This document shows, one piece after another, positions 47,456-60,700 of a stretch of 64,000 nucleotides of DNA (the first letter of the stretch is position 1; every line of letters starts with the position of its first letter). The DNA is from Geosiphon pyriformis uo1. Lineage: Eukaryota; Fungi; Glomeromycota. Position numbers and translations under genes: made by a program. A model generated the notes under the pieces. That model saw nothing but the letters and a program-made list of their open reading frames with translations. It did no database searches and had not been told where the DNA came from. The DNA lies in NCBI GenBank assembly GCA_016748015.1, contig JAAOMT010000128.1, positions 1,247,538 through 1,311,537 of the forward strand, in the 5' to 3' direction.

Positions 47456-48793
47456 ATGTCCAATCAATATCCTCCTCATAAAAATGATTATGGTGATGAG
47501 CAATACACATACTTTGAAGGTGAAGACGGATCAAGGAATGCTATTGATGATCAAGGACAACCACTACCAAGAGACGATAATATCCCTCAACCCAATTATT
47601 ATAGTTCCACTCAACCAATCCCAATACCATCCCCACATTTAACTTCATTGTACCCTTCGAGTGTAAATGATCTTGGTCCTCCCATATTTCAACAATCACC
47701 CGCGTTATCCACTGATTATTATGATCCAAATAACCCAGTCTACTCTAATCCTAATCTATACCCGAATCCTAATCTATACCCGAATCCTAACGTATATCCA
47801 CAAATATCACCTGGAACCACCCCCCTTCAACATCCTCTCCCAATAATACCCTCACCACCACAACAACATGGATCACCGTACAACCCGACTTACTCATTCG
47901 CAGCAAATCCATATTCAAATCCCGCCCCTACTCAATTATCCGCCACAGAATCACAGCAGTTCCAAGATTTGACACCCACTTTTATCCCCCCATCATCACC
48001 TCCCTATAAACAAATCGTTTCACCTGCATTCAAAAATCCGGGGATTGAACCATCAAACCCGCACCTTTATGCGCCTTCAAGAACCCATAATTACTCCTCA
48101 TCATCAAACCCTCTCACCGCAGACCACAACCGATATGATAATTATTCTTCTTCATCAACATCACCCCTCATCCCAGACCATGCACTATCTGATAATCACT
48201 CGTCATCATCAGGACCACAACCACCAAAGACTTATGGTCCTCATTCAGACAGTAATTTATCAGCACCAGCCGCAGCTCCAAAGATGACCGCCCCACAGTA
48301 TACAGATAAACCGATAGATTCAAAACGTGGTGATCGTGGCAACAAAAATCGTAATAATGGCATTGATTGCTGTACAAACGATTGTTGTACTTGTTGCGGA
48401 TGCATTCGATGTACCTGCAACCTCATCTCAATTTTATTCGCAATCTTGTTTATCATTGGAGGACTTACTTTATTCTATTATTCAACAAAATTGCCAGAAA
48501 AATGTCCTGAATGGTGTCATTCGGATAATAGTGTTGTGTTCAAAAATGGGACCTCAATTGCTGGGTTTTCGAATACTTCGATACCCGGGACAAGTTCCAT
48601 CAATAATGCCACACAGGACGTGACCAATAAGTGTGCTAATTTATGTCAGAATGGGATAAATAAGGGATTACATTATTCTGGAATTGGGCTGTTAGTGATT
48701 GGTGGTTTGATGTTAGCCTGGCAAGTATTAAGCGCATTGTGTCGGGTTGGTCAAAGTGGTGGACGAGGAACTGGATGCTGTTATTGCTGTTGA
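47456..48793 (+). CDS. Pro/Ser/Tyr-rich two-TM membrane protein with Cys clusters, unknown family, intronless
   Basis: 445-aa ORF with (NPNLYP)x3 and CCTNDCCTCCGCIRCTC before TM1. Loop has CPEWC..CANLC and several N-x-S/T sequons. TM2 is followed by C-terminal GCCYCC. Confidence 0.85.
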   Translation: MSNQYPPHKNDYGDEQYTYFEGEDGSRNAIDDQGQPLPRDDNIPQPNYYSSTQPIPIPSPHLTSLYPSSVNDLGPPIFQQSPALSTDYYDPNNPVYSNPNLYPNPNLYPNPNVYPQISPGTTPLQHPLPIIPSPPQQHGSPYNPTYSFAANPYSNPAPTQLSATESQQFQDLTPTFIPPSSPPYKQIVSPAFKNPGIEPSNPHLYAPSRTHNYSSSSNPLTADHNRYDNYSSSSTSPLIPDHALSDNHSSSSGPQPPKTYGPHSDSNLSAPAAAPKMTAPQYTDKPIDSKRGDRGNKNRNNGIDCCTNDCCTCCGCIRCTCNLISILFAILFIIGGLTLFYYSTKLPEKCPEWCHSDNSVVFKNGTSIAGFSNTSIPGTSSINNATQDVTNKCANLCQNGINKGLHYSGIGLLVIGGLMLAWQVLSALCRVGQSGGRGTGCCYCC

Positions 48794-49494
48794 GATTTTT
48801 ATATTGTTGAAAATCGTATTTGGAGGAAAGAGAAATTCACAATGGAAGAAAGAAAATGTGAATATTTCATTAAAAATACTTTATTTCATGCATATTTATA
48901 GTGTAAATGTAAATATATTTATTTTTCTTTAAGTAAATGTATATTGTTATTTTAACATTGAAGATATACAGTGTGTGAAATTAAAACCAAGTTTTATTAT
49001 ATTTATAAAACAAATATATATATTAAAGCTAACAAATTACATGTTTATACAGATATTTAGAAAATTTTCAAAAAACAAAACTGTAAACCACATTAAAAAA
49101 ATTTTTGTTTACAAAAATTTTTCAAAGGTTTTAAAACAATGTATATTACAAAATTTTTTTATGAAGTTGTTAAATATAATTTACAAAATTGAGTTTAAAA
49201 ATATTTAATTATGTTACTTTAATGATTGATTTTTTGTTAATGTATTGTTAATTAATTAATTCTTTTATATATTTTTTTAGTTTATATTATTATTATCAAT
49301 ATTATTCAAAAAAAAAGTGTTTTGTTACATTTAAAATTTTTTGTATTGTAATATAATTTTTTTTTTTTATTTATTTATTTAACGAATAAAGTCCAAACGC
49401 AACTTAGAACTATACATCAAAGAAATGATCTAAACTAAGTGCGAATCATGCACTTTTTATACATGACCAGCCACTCGAGCCAGTTAGAACAACA

Positions 49495-52400
49495 CTATAC
49501 ATCTATATTAACAGAAACCGAGTCACCAATACCTGAAAAAAATGAACAAGATTTGTGAAAACCAAAACGAACACCAAAAGCTTTAGCAATACCAAGCAAT
49601 TTAATCACACCATCTGAGAATCTTGAAACCAAACCAGAAACTGAGACAGGAATCGAGCCATCCACCGGGATTAGGTCATTCTTTTCCATGTATGCACAAT
49701 GCTTGGCACGGACCAACCAAATGTTATTCCTAAAAGTGACACAAAAAAAGCATACAAAATCAGTAATTTTGACGTCAGTAATCTTGGGATCATGGAAGAT
49801 GGAAACAGCCTCCCGAAACCATCCTCTGAAAACAAAACCCTTGTAAAGAGCTAAGGACACCAGGAAATCTGAAGCACAGGTTGACAGCAGCTGCAATACA
49901 TTAGAAGAAGAGATGGAAAGACCAGAAATTGCCTTCCAAGAAGACATACAAGATTCCAAAACCTGACGATGAGCTAAATCATCAATTATACAAGAAAACA
50001 CATGATCAGATACCTCCACCTCACCACAATACAGACACAGAACACTCAGGTAGCATCTATCATAAATGCACTTTCAAACAGCCATGAGAAGTTGACGGTG
50101 CAAAGCCTTTATTAAGTAAGTATGAACGTCAGCAGTGCGCCTGTTGGTAAAACCTGTTGCCATATGCAAATCAGAATGCCAAACCCTGGAAAAACTAGGC
50201 CAATCAACATCCAAGTGCAAATCTTTAGGTAGAAACTCAGAACTGGAACTGACCTCCCAATGCGCCTGACAAACAGCATGAAAAATATCTCGAGCAAAGT
50301 GTCTAGAATTACCAGACACAATACTATTATCTGCCAACAAAAAACATTTATCAACACAAGAAGAAAGAAACCAATTATAGAAAGTCACAGCGTCAGCAAT
50401 GCTGTCGGCTCAATCATTCCCCGATACACCAGAGTGATCCTTAATCTTGTGTCAGCTAACCCTTAAATTCTTACTGCGAATAACATTTCTAATATGCCGG
50501 CACTTGACTCAGCACTGATTGTGAAAGTCAGGATACATCAAGTCAACCTCTGACATGTAAGCATCCAAGACTGTCTGACTGTCTGAAAACAGACAAACAG
50601 AGTGAGCCACAGGTACATACTCCAGAGCCAATGCTATAGTCTGCAATTCTGCCAAAATAGATAACATCAAATCCTGAACACTAATACCCAAACCCAAGTT
50701 AATGTCCTCAAAAAAGGCAGCAGCCCCAGCTTTACAACCAGTCGTGCCCAAATTTTTTAATGACCTATTCATATATACAGACAAACTATCAGCATCAACC
50801 CAAGAGAGATGGTCACATACAGACACAAATCATCAGAACCACAAATGTTAACAGGACCAACACCAACTGAAACTGAGGGAGAAGAATGGAAGGCCACAAG
50901 AAACTTGACTGAACATTTGAACCACTCAAGGACTGGACCACAAGAATCCAGTCTCTTCTATCGCTTAAAGATGAGCCAGCTAAAGACATTACCATGGCGA
51001 TCCCGAAGCTGGTCCACAAAGGCAACACCATAACGCCGAAGGGACGGCAAAAACTTGAAAAACAAAGACTCGCCAAGAACAACAGACATAAGAACCCCAC
51101 CGCAAAACCAGAAAGCACTGGCCAAAGAACCACCCAAAGACAGCTTGCAGTCAAGAAGGATGGAAACTACACCAGCCAAGAAATTATTAGAAACACTAAC
51201 ACGAATACGAGTAGGAGAGATCAAGGGATGAATAGGCTGCCAGCACAGAACTTGCAAGTCATGAGACTTGTGACTAAACATATGCCCCAAAATCTCAATA
51301 GAGTTTGCAAAACTGATAAGTAAAGCAATTTTACTTTCTGACTGACACTGTGAAAAGAACTTTAAACCATAAAAGGAAAAATGGTGGATTGTATTACTAG
51401 GAAAATCTTGCAGGAGACCAGATTTAAGTTTCAAACATTTGTGAACCAGAGCATCCCATTTGTTGCACATGCCAACAGAAACCAAGCTGAACTGTATTCT
51501 ATAGCTGATTATAAGATAAAAGACTGCTGACACCAGATATAAAAATTGCTTATTCGAAACTGCCTTCCTCAAGACCAGATTAGTGAAAAAACGAACATCT
51601 GAATTTGCTTTAGCCAAACTAGGCTTCAAAAGACCCTCAGTCGAGAGAAAAATACCCAAGTACCAATGAGATTCACCCTTTTTGGCAATGGATATCAGCG
51701 AGCCACTGATGGAGAGAAAAAGATTGCTAACCCTACTATTAATAGGAATTGCTACTGTCTTGTTGTTATTGATTGAAAGGTTATTAATATGAAAAATTTG
51801 CCAGCTACATTAAGAATATGTTGAGTAACACTTTAACTGCTACCAACTCAGATTGTATCATCGACAAAAGCACCAGCAGCAAAAAAAGAAGATAGTCCAG
51901 CCTAAGATTCAATATGACCACTTTTAGACACAAAATGAGAATTCAACCTATATCCATACACACTTCCTTGACGCTTGACTTCACACAATAGAGAGTCATA
52001 AAATATACGCCACAGAAGTGGGGAAAAAACCTCTCCTTGATCCAGACCATCGTGTACATGATAGCCATCCGTCAAACTAAAATTTGTCATCACACGGTTG
52101 GTACAATTCTTATAAATACTGCCAAAAAACTGAATAAATTTGCTGCACATCTTAATCCTGACCAAACTCTTCTCGAGGTGTTCCCAGCCAACCAAATTGT
52201 AAGTTTTTCGCATGTTCTGTAAAAGCAACCAGAGCTTCTGGTTTTTCTCTAGAACATTTTCAACAACTAAACCAATAGCAAAAATAGGTGATTGAGTTGC
52301 CGTACTCTTTAAAACTGAAAAATTGTTACCATGTAGGACATCATGAGAGCTGCAAGCCAGTGAGATCTTGTTTGAAAGAATCTTGGAGAGAATTTTGCAG

Positions 52401-54172
52401 GCAGTTTTGATTAAAGCAATAAGATGAGTATTCGTAAGAACACCCTTCTACTTATAGAGCTTGGGAATCATTGAAATCCAAGCCTCCCTCCAAGAACCAG
52501 GTATTGATTCACAAGATAGACAAGAATTCAACAGAACCAGAAGCAAACCCAAAACTGACTCATCACAATGTTTCTATAGTTCATTAGAGATACCCAAAAG
52601 ACCAGCAGCTTTGCCATCAGGCAGATTAGAGACCACATAATGCAACTCGTCAAAATCAATCACACATATTACCCCAGAGAAAGCCTTATTAAAAATGTAG
52701 TCCAAAGGTCAGTACTAACAAGACCAAGCATCAGAGACATCATCGACCACCAACCGCTTCTTGGTCTATCTTTCCATAATATTGTCAACTTTAAATTTTA
52801 CCAAATCAGGCTCAAGAATCAACTCGTCGCCCATGACCAAATGATCCAAAACCACCTTATGGAAGGGTTGTTCCAGCACGCTTCTAATTGTGTGACCTTT
52901 ATCTACCTCAAAATTCTCCATCCTCTTATCTATAACAGATCTGATGTTTGCTTTTTTAGCCCTCAAAGACTCAGCAAGCTTGAATGCATGATAAGATCTC
53001 CTAGCACCAAAGAGAGCAGAATGAACATCATCAGTGCCAGCACCAGAATCCACCAAACTCTGCACAACCGAAGTTCTAACATCATCCAAGGAAACCCAAT
53101 GTCTCATAAGAGACTCAAAATTTGCAACACACTTCTTATGTGAGGCCTTGACAATCTTAGAAACCAAAAGCTTCAATTTGTGAAATCTCGAAGATTCCTT
53201 GGTGAAAACATTATTGAAGTCCTTAAATCACTTTTTCTTAAACACTTCACTAGTTGAGAGAACCAATATCTTGCGAACAATGTCCCACATTGCATCCAAG
53301 TCTAAAAACCACGCAGAAGTGACAAACTCATCTGAAAACATCATAGTGTTGGCCAATGTGGCACCTTTAAAATTGTTTCATCTAACCCTATCAGCACTCT
53401 TAAAATTGAACTTCCAATGATCCTTATTTGCCTGTTTTCGAAGAGAATTCAACTGCATATCCAAAAGTCCACCCAAGCCTATGGACACAAAAACAGCCTG
53501 GTGATCCATGTTATAATGTTCGCCAACCTCCAAAACATCACGATGTATGATTGCACTGACCAGACTTGAGAAAACAAACACATAATCAATAGTCTTTTTT
53601 ACACCTCTTGAATTCTCCCATGTAGGACTTTTTGCAACTGAACTACCTGACAGAGAGTTGACTAGTCCCAAATTGAGGCACTTCTTAAAACTTGCACTTT
53701 TATACAAACCATTTTCATTGAAATCACCCCCAAGAATGACAAAAGAAGATTTATTAACAGCCTTTGTAATGAAAGAGTTAACCTCACCAGTCTGAGAAAA
53801 CCAAACCACCGAAGAAGCACCTGCATAAAGCCCCAAAATCGATACCGAAAGTTTATTTTTGAACAGCAACTTGATAGATAGGAGCTAGCCAGACACCTTA
53901 GAAATCTTGCACACATGTCTTGCCAAAGAAGAATTTACGATGATCATAACACCAGCACCCAGATAACCAGAATCCAAGCCAGATGTAAACACCCTTATAC
54001 CATTAAATTTGTTAACAATCCAGGGGCGAACCCTCCCCTTTAACTTTGTTTCCGTAAAAATTGAAATTAAATTGTTCATGTCATTGTGCCAATGAATAAT
54101 GTCATCCTGTTTCGCAGAATTGGTCATTCCTCTAACATTGTATGTGATGACTTTCCAAACAAGCTCACTTAT
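49495..54172 (-). pseudogene. LINE B ORF2 (APE-RT-RNase H-Zn finger)
   Basis: YNVRG..ETKL, LGGDFNE, TIDYVF, GLDQGEVFSPLLW, GAFVDDT, LAELQTIA, FSDSQ, CLYCGEVEVSDHVFSC. Confidence 0.92.
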
Positions 54173-55973
54173 TGAGAAGAGAGTTAAGAGTTTGCACTAC
54201 CAGCCAAAACCAAACTTTCAAAATGAGCAGACAAGCTTAACACAGATTTGGAGAGTTCCTTCAACATATTTTCTAACCTGGTAACTTGGGGGGACACCGA
54301 TGAGTCCACAATTGCAGTAGTCTCATCATTAGTGGTTTCACCTGAAGTCACTCCCATCACTATATCACTCTCCGGATTCTGTGATGGGGGGGGGGGGGTT
54401 ACCAGCAGTTGACATCCAGGACTAGGCTGAGAAACTATTAGCATGAGTGAATCCAATCTCTTAGCCAACTCACCAATTTGTCTCACAAGGCTGACAAGAC
54501 TGCTTTTAATACTGACTAGACGTTTTTCCAATTCATCTACAATGGGAGGGAGAGGTTCACCATTAATAATGGAACCAAATTGTGACTTGCTACCAGAGGA
54601 GGGAGGAGTGGGAGAAGCACCAACAACCGATGCCCAAGTTTTACTACTGAATGCCAGGGGATGGGAGCAGATTTCTTTGCGTAAATCTTCACCAGCCTGA
54701 GCTGGTCCTGAGCTGAAAGGACAGCCCTTCTGCCATTCAGAACTGCAGCATCCTTGACAAACCTACAACTAAGAGACATATGACCAAAATTCTTACAAAC
54801 TGTACATGATGCCAAAGAAAGACGAGACCATTGAAGACCAACACCCTTTATAATCAGAGTCACTGCTATTGCATTAACCAGATCCAATTCAGAACCAAAA
54901 CACACAGAGGCGCAATGGGCATGAGAATAATTCGAGGGATTGTGATCAATAAAGCAAGTTTTCCCACCAATAGAACCAATAAAGTCTCACAAATCATGAG
55001 TTGTGGTTCTCACGGGGAGAGTATGTAGCAAAGCCCTAAAACTATCCCTGGCATCCCATAATTGTTTGTCAATATCAGCTCTGGCCACATGAACTGCATT
55101 TTTCCCAATAAGGATGGACCACTTAGAAGCCAATAAATCAGCCTGTGTTTGATCTTCTAATTTGACAATCACCTTTTGCCATAAACTTATCAACTGCATT
55201 TTGATCATCTTAATCTTTCCAAATTCAGACACCACAGCATGCACAGCCTCCACAGAAGTTCCCACTGGAATTTCCTTCAACACAATAGCCCGATTCGTAC
55301 GATTGTTGCCAGGGCACTTGAGATTGGTGTTTATCACAACACCATAATCATTGGTCATTTTTGCTGCCACCATCATCACTTTTTTAGAAGTAAAAGATGC
55401 CCAAATAATACCACCAAATTTTGAGGAGGTAGAGGCCCCCCCAAAACTATTCACACCAGAAAAAATTTTTCTGACATAAGCTAGTTTTTCTTAAGATGAC
55501 TTGTCAGCGACCACTTCAAGATCAATATCTAGAGCAAAAAATTTTCTGACCGAGATCTGCACTGTATGTTTGAGAGAGAAAGGGGGAAGGAGAGAGAGTA
55601 ACTCATCCAAAATATCATCATCATTATCATTTTCTATGTCAAAGTTAATAGTGTCAAGAAGCTTCCCAAGAGTATGCTTGGTAACAATCTTTTTGGAACC
55701 CTTAGGTGTCATATTAGTATCAACACTACCAGACTCTTTTCCGCTTTCTTGCCTGAAGCTAGTTTCTTTCACCAAACATTCTTCCTCTATATCAATGCTA
55801 TTGGACTCAGTACTATTGCCAGTTTCTGAACCTCATGAACAATTATTCTGAACCTTAGTATCAACAACCTTATCACCAGAACTATCTTCTAGAGCACCAC
55901 CTCTCCTCTTTTTTCTTGAAAGAACAGATTTGAAGTCATCATTAAAGCCAGAAACTTTAGCAGTTTTTTTCAT
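54169..55973 (-). pseudogene. LINE B ORF1
   Basis: FALDIDL, SEFGKIKMIKMQLISLWQK, CTVCKNFGHMSLSC and a coiled-coil C-terminus. Confidence 0.87.
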
Positions 55974-57149
55974 AACAGCAATACTACAGCCAACAGTGGC
56001 CTCATAGTCAAGAATAAAGGGTTTGGATTTATCATACTAAATTGTAAAAATAACTTCTTTTTCAAAAAACTTTTGACTCTTTTTTGGGAATTTTGAATGA
56101 AAAAGAGAAAAAAGTTTTTACTTTTTTAATATAATTTTTGTTTATTTAGATTATATTATTTATAAAAACTATAATTAATAAAAAAAAGTTAAAACAAAAA
56201 ATATTATTAATTTTGTTTATTTTAATAATATTTTAAAATCTATTTTATAATTTAAAACCAAACTTTTTTCTTAATTTTGTATATTAAAAAACCATAAAAG
56301 ATTTTTTAAAAAAGAAAAAAAATTTTATCTTAATTAAATTATTATATACTTTGTAATTATTAAGTAAACTAAAATTTATTATTACTTTTTAATTTTGTTT
56401 TTACAAATATGCTTAAAATTTTAACAACTTTTTATATATTTTTATTTTATTAAACTTTTTTTAAATAAAATTAACTTAAATACAATAATTAAAAAAAAGA
56501 TTTTTTTATTAATCTCTTACCTATAATAAAACTCTTGAGATTTAGAAAAATTTAATTATATTTGTTTTTTTTATTTGTTTTTTTTTATCTTAACTATTTT
56601 TTCAATATAAATTTATTTATAATTATAAAGTAAATTAATAATTTAATTAGTTTTATAAATTTTGATAAGACCAGAGTAAAAAATTATCTTAACACAAAAA
56701 AAAATTATGACTTATATATATATATATTAAAGAATTTTGGTTAATAATCAAAAAAATTTATTGCTAATTTTAATTTTGTAAATTTTTGGTTGGATCTTTA
56801 ATTATAGATGTATTTAAAAATAATAATACTATTAAATATTATTTTTAAAATAATAAAATAAAAAATAAGAAAAATAACATTAGTAATTTGTCTAATGTAA
56901 ATAATTTAAAAAGTACAATAATAAAAAAAACTAATTTTGTGAATTTTAATAATTTTAGTAATAGTAAATACATAGATAAAATGACATTTAAAAATATTTA
57001 TATCTGGTTTTACAATTTAAAAAAATCTCTTAAAAAATTGGTATTTAATAACTTTATAATAATAAAATTTTTATTTTTTTAACTCCTTTTTTAATTGGTC
57101 TTATTTGTACTTTATTATAAATATTAAAGAAAAAATATGCTTTAATTCA

Positions 57150-57600
57150 GTTAAATTTTTTGCTTTAAACATTAACTTTAACATAATATTTAACAAAATT
57201 TTAAATAATAAACTTAAATATATTAAAAAATTGTTCTATAAAATTAATAATTGAAAAGTTTTTATTTTTTCAAAATTTTAAAGCATTATTTAATTTATAT
57301 TTATCTTTAGATTTAGTTTAATTTTGATTAAAAAGCTGGCTGTAAACAAAAAAATTTTGGTTAATATTAATCTAAAAAAAATTAATATCAAATTAAATTA
57401 AAAAATTATAATTAAAAAAATTTTAGTAAATCTGTCTTAAATTAATATTATCCAAATTTAATAAAGTTGTTTCAGTTAAAATACAGCTTATTAATCTTTA
57501 ACAAAAAGCACTGGTTAAGTTTAAAAGTTCTAAATTTAATAATCTAATTGTTTTTAAATAAATAATTTTATTAGATAAAAATTTGATACATATTATTAAA
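57150..57600 (+). pseudogene. Near-obliterated LINE ORF1 relic
   Basis: Reads FALNINF.. and SKFNKVVSVKIQLINL*QKALVKF, matching SKFGKIVSIKMQLIGLWQKA. Confidence 0.65.
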
Positions 57601-57719
57601 AAAAAATTTAAAAATCTTTTTTTTGTTAATCCCTTAGCCATAATGAGAGCAAAATTTTATCATAGAAATAATATTTTTTTTTTTTTGTTATCTTTTAGTT
57701 ATTTCTTCTGATATACCTA

Positions 57720-60700
57720 TTTTTATTGTAATAGAATTAGTAGACTTCTTTGCTGATAGTTCTAATACAGGCTTGACTGGTTTGGAGACCCACTTAAATA
57801 CTAAAAAAATATATGTAAATAGTGTGTATTCTTGAAGTGTGTCTCACAAGAAACCAAAAAAACCTGGTATAGGTGCTAGTGTAATTGATTTGTCCACCAG
57901 TCTGTTAAAATCTAAAAGTGTAAATATAATTAGTGAGAAGCCTGTGGTGTTTTGAAAAAGTGAAGTTAATAGCAAAGCTAGTAGTATTAATGGTTTATTA
58001 AATCTTAAAAATATGAAAAATATAATAGCCAAGAAAACCAGCTATGCAGATTTAAATGCTTTAATAGTCAACAAGAACATAAACAACATAATACTATAGA
58101 AAACTTGTATTTAAACTTACATTTTAAATCACTTACTAATAGCTCTATTTTTTGTTGATTTAAGTAATGACAATAATGTTTTAATGCTCTCATTAATTAA
58201 ATTCAATAGTTCTTAGCAAATTTATTTGGCTGAATTATGTGTTTCAAAGAAATAGAGTTTCAATTTGACAAAATTATTTGCATTAAATATAGAGCTTTTT
58301 GCTATGTCTGGGAAATATTTTAATGATAAATTATTAAATATCAAAAAATTGTTTTATTGTATTGATGGTTTTGAAAAAGCTTTAACTTTCTCAAAATTTC
58401 TAGAAATTATCTGATCATTTTTTACATTAAAATTTAGTTTGAATAAGACCAAAAAATTGGCAATCTGTAATAAAATTTTGGTCAATAATAATATTAAGAA
58501 GGTAAACAATTGCTCAAATCAGAAAATAATCATCAAGAAGATTCCAGTTGATCTTCTAAAATTGGCTGTAGAATCAGTTTTTTCTAAATTTAGTAAGATT
58601 GTATCAATCAAGATGCAATTGATTGGTCTTTGGCAAAAAGCTTTAATAGAATATGAATTATTTAAAATAGCTGATTTGGTCACAGTTAGATGGTTTGTGC
58701 TCATAAGAAAGAACTTTGTTTGTGTGATGAAAGTGATTGATAATAAACAAACATGGGTGTTCAAAAACCAGTATTATGCTTTGCTGTACACACTTCCAGT
58801 TGGCATTACTGTTCATAATCTCTTTGATTTATTGGTCTTTTATAGTAAAAAAATCTGTATTATTGACCATAATCCAAATTTATATGTGTGCAATAGATGT
58901 GCTATAATTTATTTTGCTGATGAGACATTTAAATTAGCTGCTATTGGTTTTGTGCCAGTTTTTAAGAATGTAAATTTATGTTAAGCTGGTCTTTTTTTGG
59001 CCTGTTGTGCCTAATACAAACAGTTTGGTCATATTTCTAATGTTTGTTTGGTGGATAAAAGTTTTGGTGATTGTAGTAAGTGGGTAGTAATTTCTTAAAA
59101 TCAGGTTTGTCTAGTTAATATATATAAAAAAAAGCAAGCATTAATTGTTTATTTGGTTTCTTTTGGTGGCAAGTCTTGGGCTTAGGTGGTTTTATTTGCT
59201 GTTTCCACTAATATTAATTTGGAGTCTGGTTTTGGCTTTGGTTTTTGTTCTTCTAATGGTCTGTATATCAAAAAAACTTTGACAATTGTTTATAATGAGT
59301 CATCTATTATTGGTCATCTCACTTTTTTGGAGTGTTTCTTAAAGTTTTTGGCTAATCAGATATCAAATATTGTGTATAAATTGAACAATATAAAACTGGT
59401 ACCTCTAGTGCTTGTTTTTAGTATTGTGCATTCAGTTGTTTTTGCTTTATTGTTATTGCCATTAGATCTGGATATGATTTTGGAAGACTTATGATTGGCT
59501 TCTCTTCCTTTAGCTATGACTGTAAAGAATGAGATTGTGAATTTGGGTTTAAGTAATTTAAAGATTTTTACTGCCAAAATTAGCAGTTTAGAATCAAAAT
59601 TGGTAGTTTTTAATGCTTTTGTGAACTCAATTTTGGAGAATTTGGATTTGTTGTATGTGAACTTGGGCTCTTTAGCACATTTTTTTTCTCAATAACTGAT
59701 CTGGTTTAGAAATTTGTTATGTGCAATGTTTAAGATGCTAATGTTTTTGCCAAACAAAAAAACATTGTTCAATAGCATAAAAATTTGAGTAATATGGTTT
59801 GAATTATTACTGAGACAAAGTTGAAGTTTAATATTAGATTATGAATTATAAATAAGTTTGATGGGATTTGGATTTTTACTTTTGGTTTGGATGTGAGTTT
59901 TTTTGGTGCTGGTATTGTTATAATTATAAACAATTCTTTAGCTTAACATGTTTTGAAAGTAGATGAAATTCTGGATTAGTTGATTTTTGTGTATTTTTTA
60001 TTTAAAAACAAGCTTTCAATTACAATATTAGACCTGTATATAAGTGTATCTTTTGATATGTATTTTGGCCAAGCTTTTAATATTAATGTCATGATTTCTA
60101 AAGCAGTTAATTTTAGTTCTTTTATAGTATTAAGTAATAATTTTAATGAAAATAGTTCTAAAAGAAGTACAAGTTTTAAGTTCTGTCTAAATTTGGGTTT
60201 GGTTAATACTTTTAGTGAGCATTCATTATCCAACATGTCTACTTGGTGCAATTCTAAAGGTGTTGAAAAAGTGCTGGATTTTATTTTTGTAAATAGAAAT
60301 CTGATGTTTGCAATTACATGCTATAGAGTTGATTATGCATCAGAGTTTTTTAATATAGATCATAAGGTGGTTTCAGTTATGATTAGTTTAGGTAGACTTT
60401 TAAATGTTTGTCTTGTTAGTATTCATAAACAGACCAATTAAAACCAGTAGAAGTTCAAGTTAAAGAATGTAGATAAGACCCAATAGTTATGTTTTAAGGA
60501 GAGTTTTTTTGCTAAATTGTTGGTAATATTAAATATGTTTGAAGATATATATAATACTGGTGACTTGGATACAATATAGATAATGCTAAAAGATACCATA
60601 ATACAAGCTGCTAATGTGGTTTTTTCTAAACATTGGTATAGTAAATTTGACTGTTCAAAGAATAAACAATCTTTAAAATTCTTTAGATTGGAACTGCTTG

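Larger units (their letters stand above)
49357..56126 (-). mobile_element. Full-length LINE copy B, inactivated
   Basis: T12 tail at 49357-49368. UTRs are homologous to copy A. Candidate TSD TAATATAA at 49349-49356 and 56127-56134. Confidence 0.93.
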
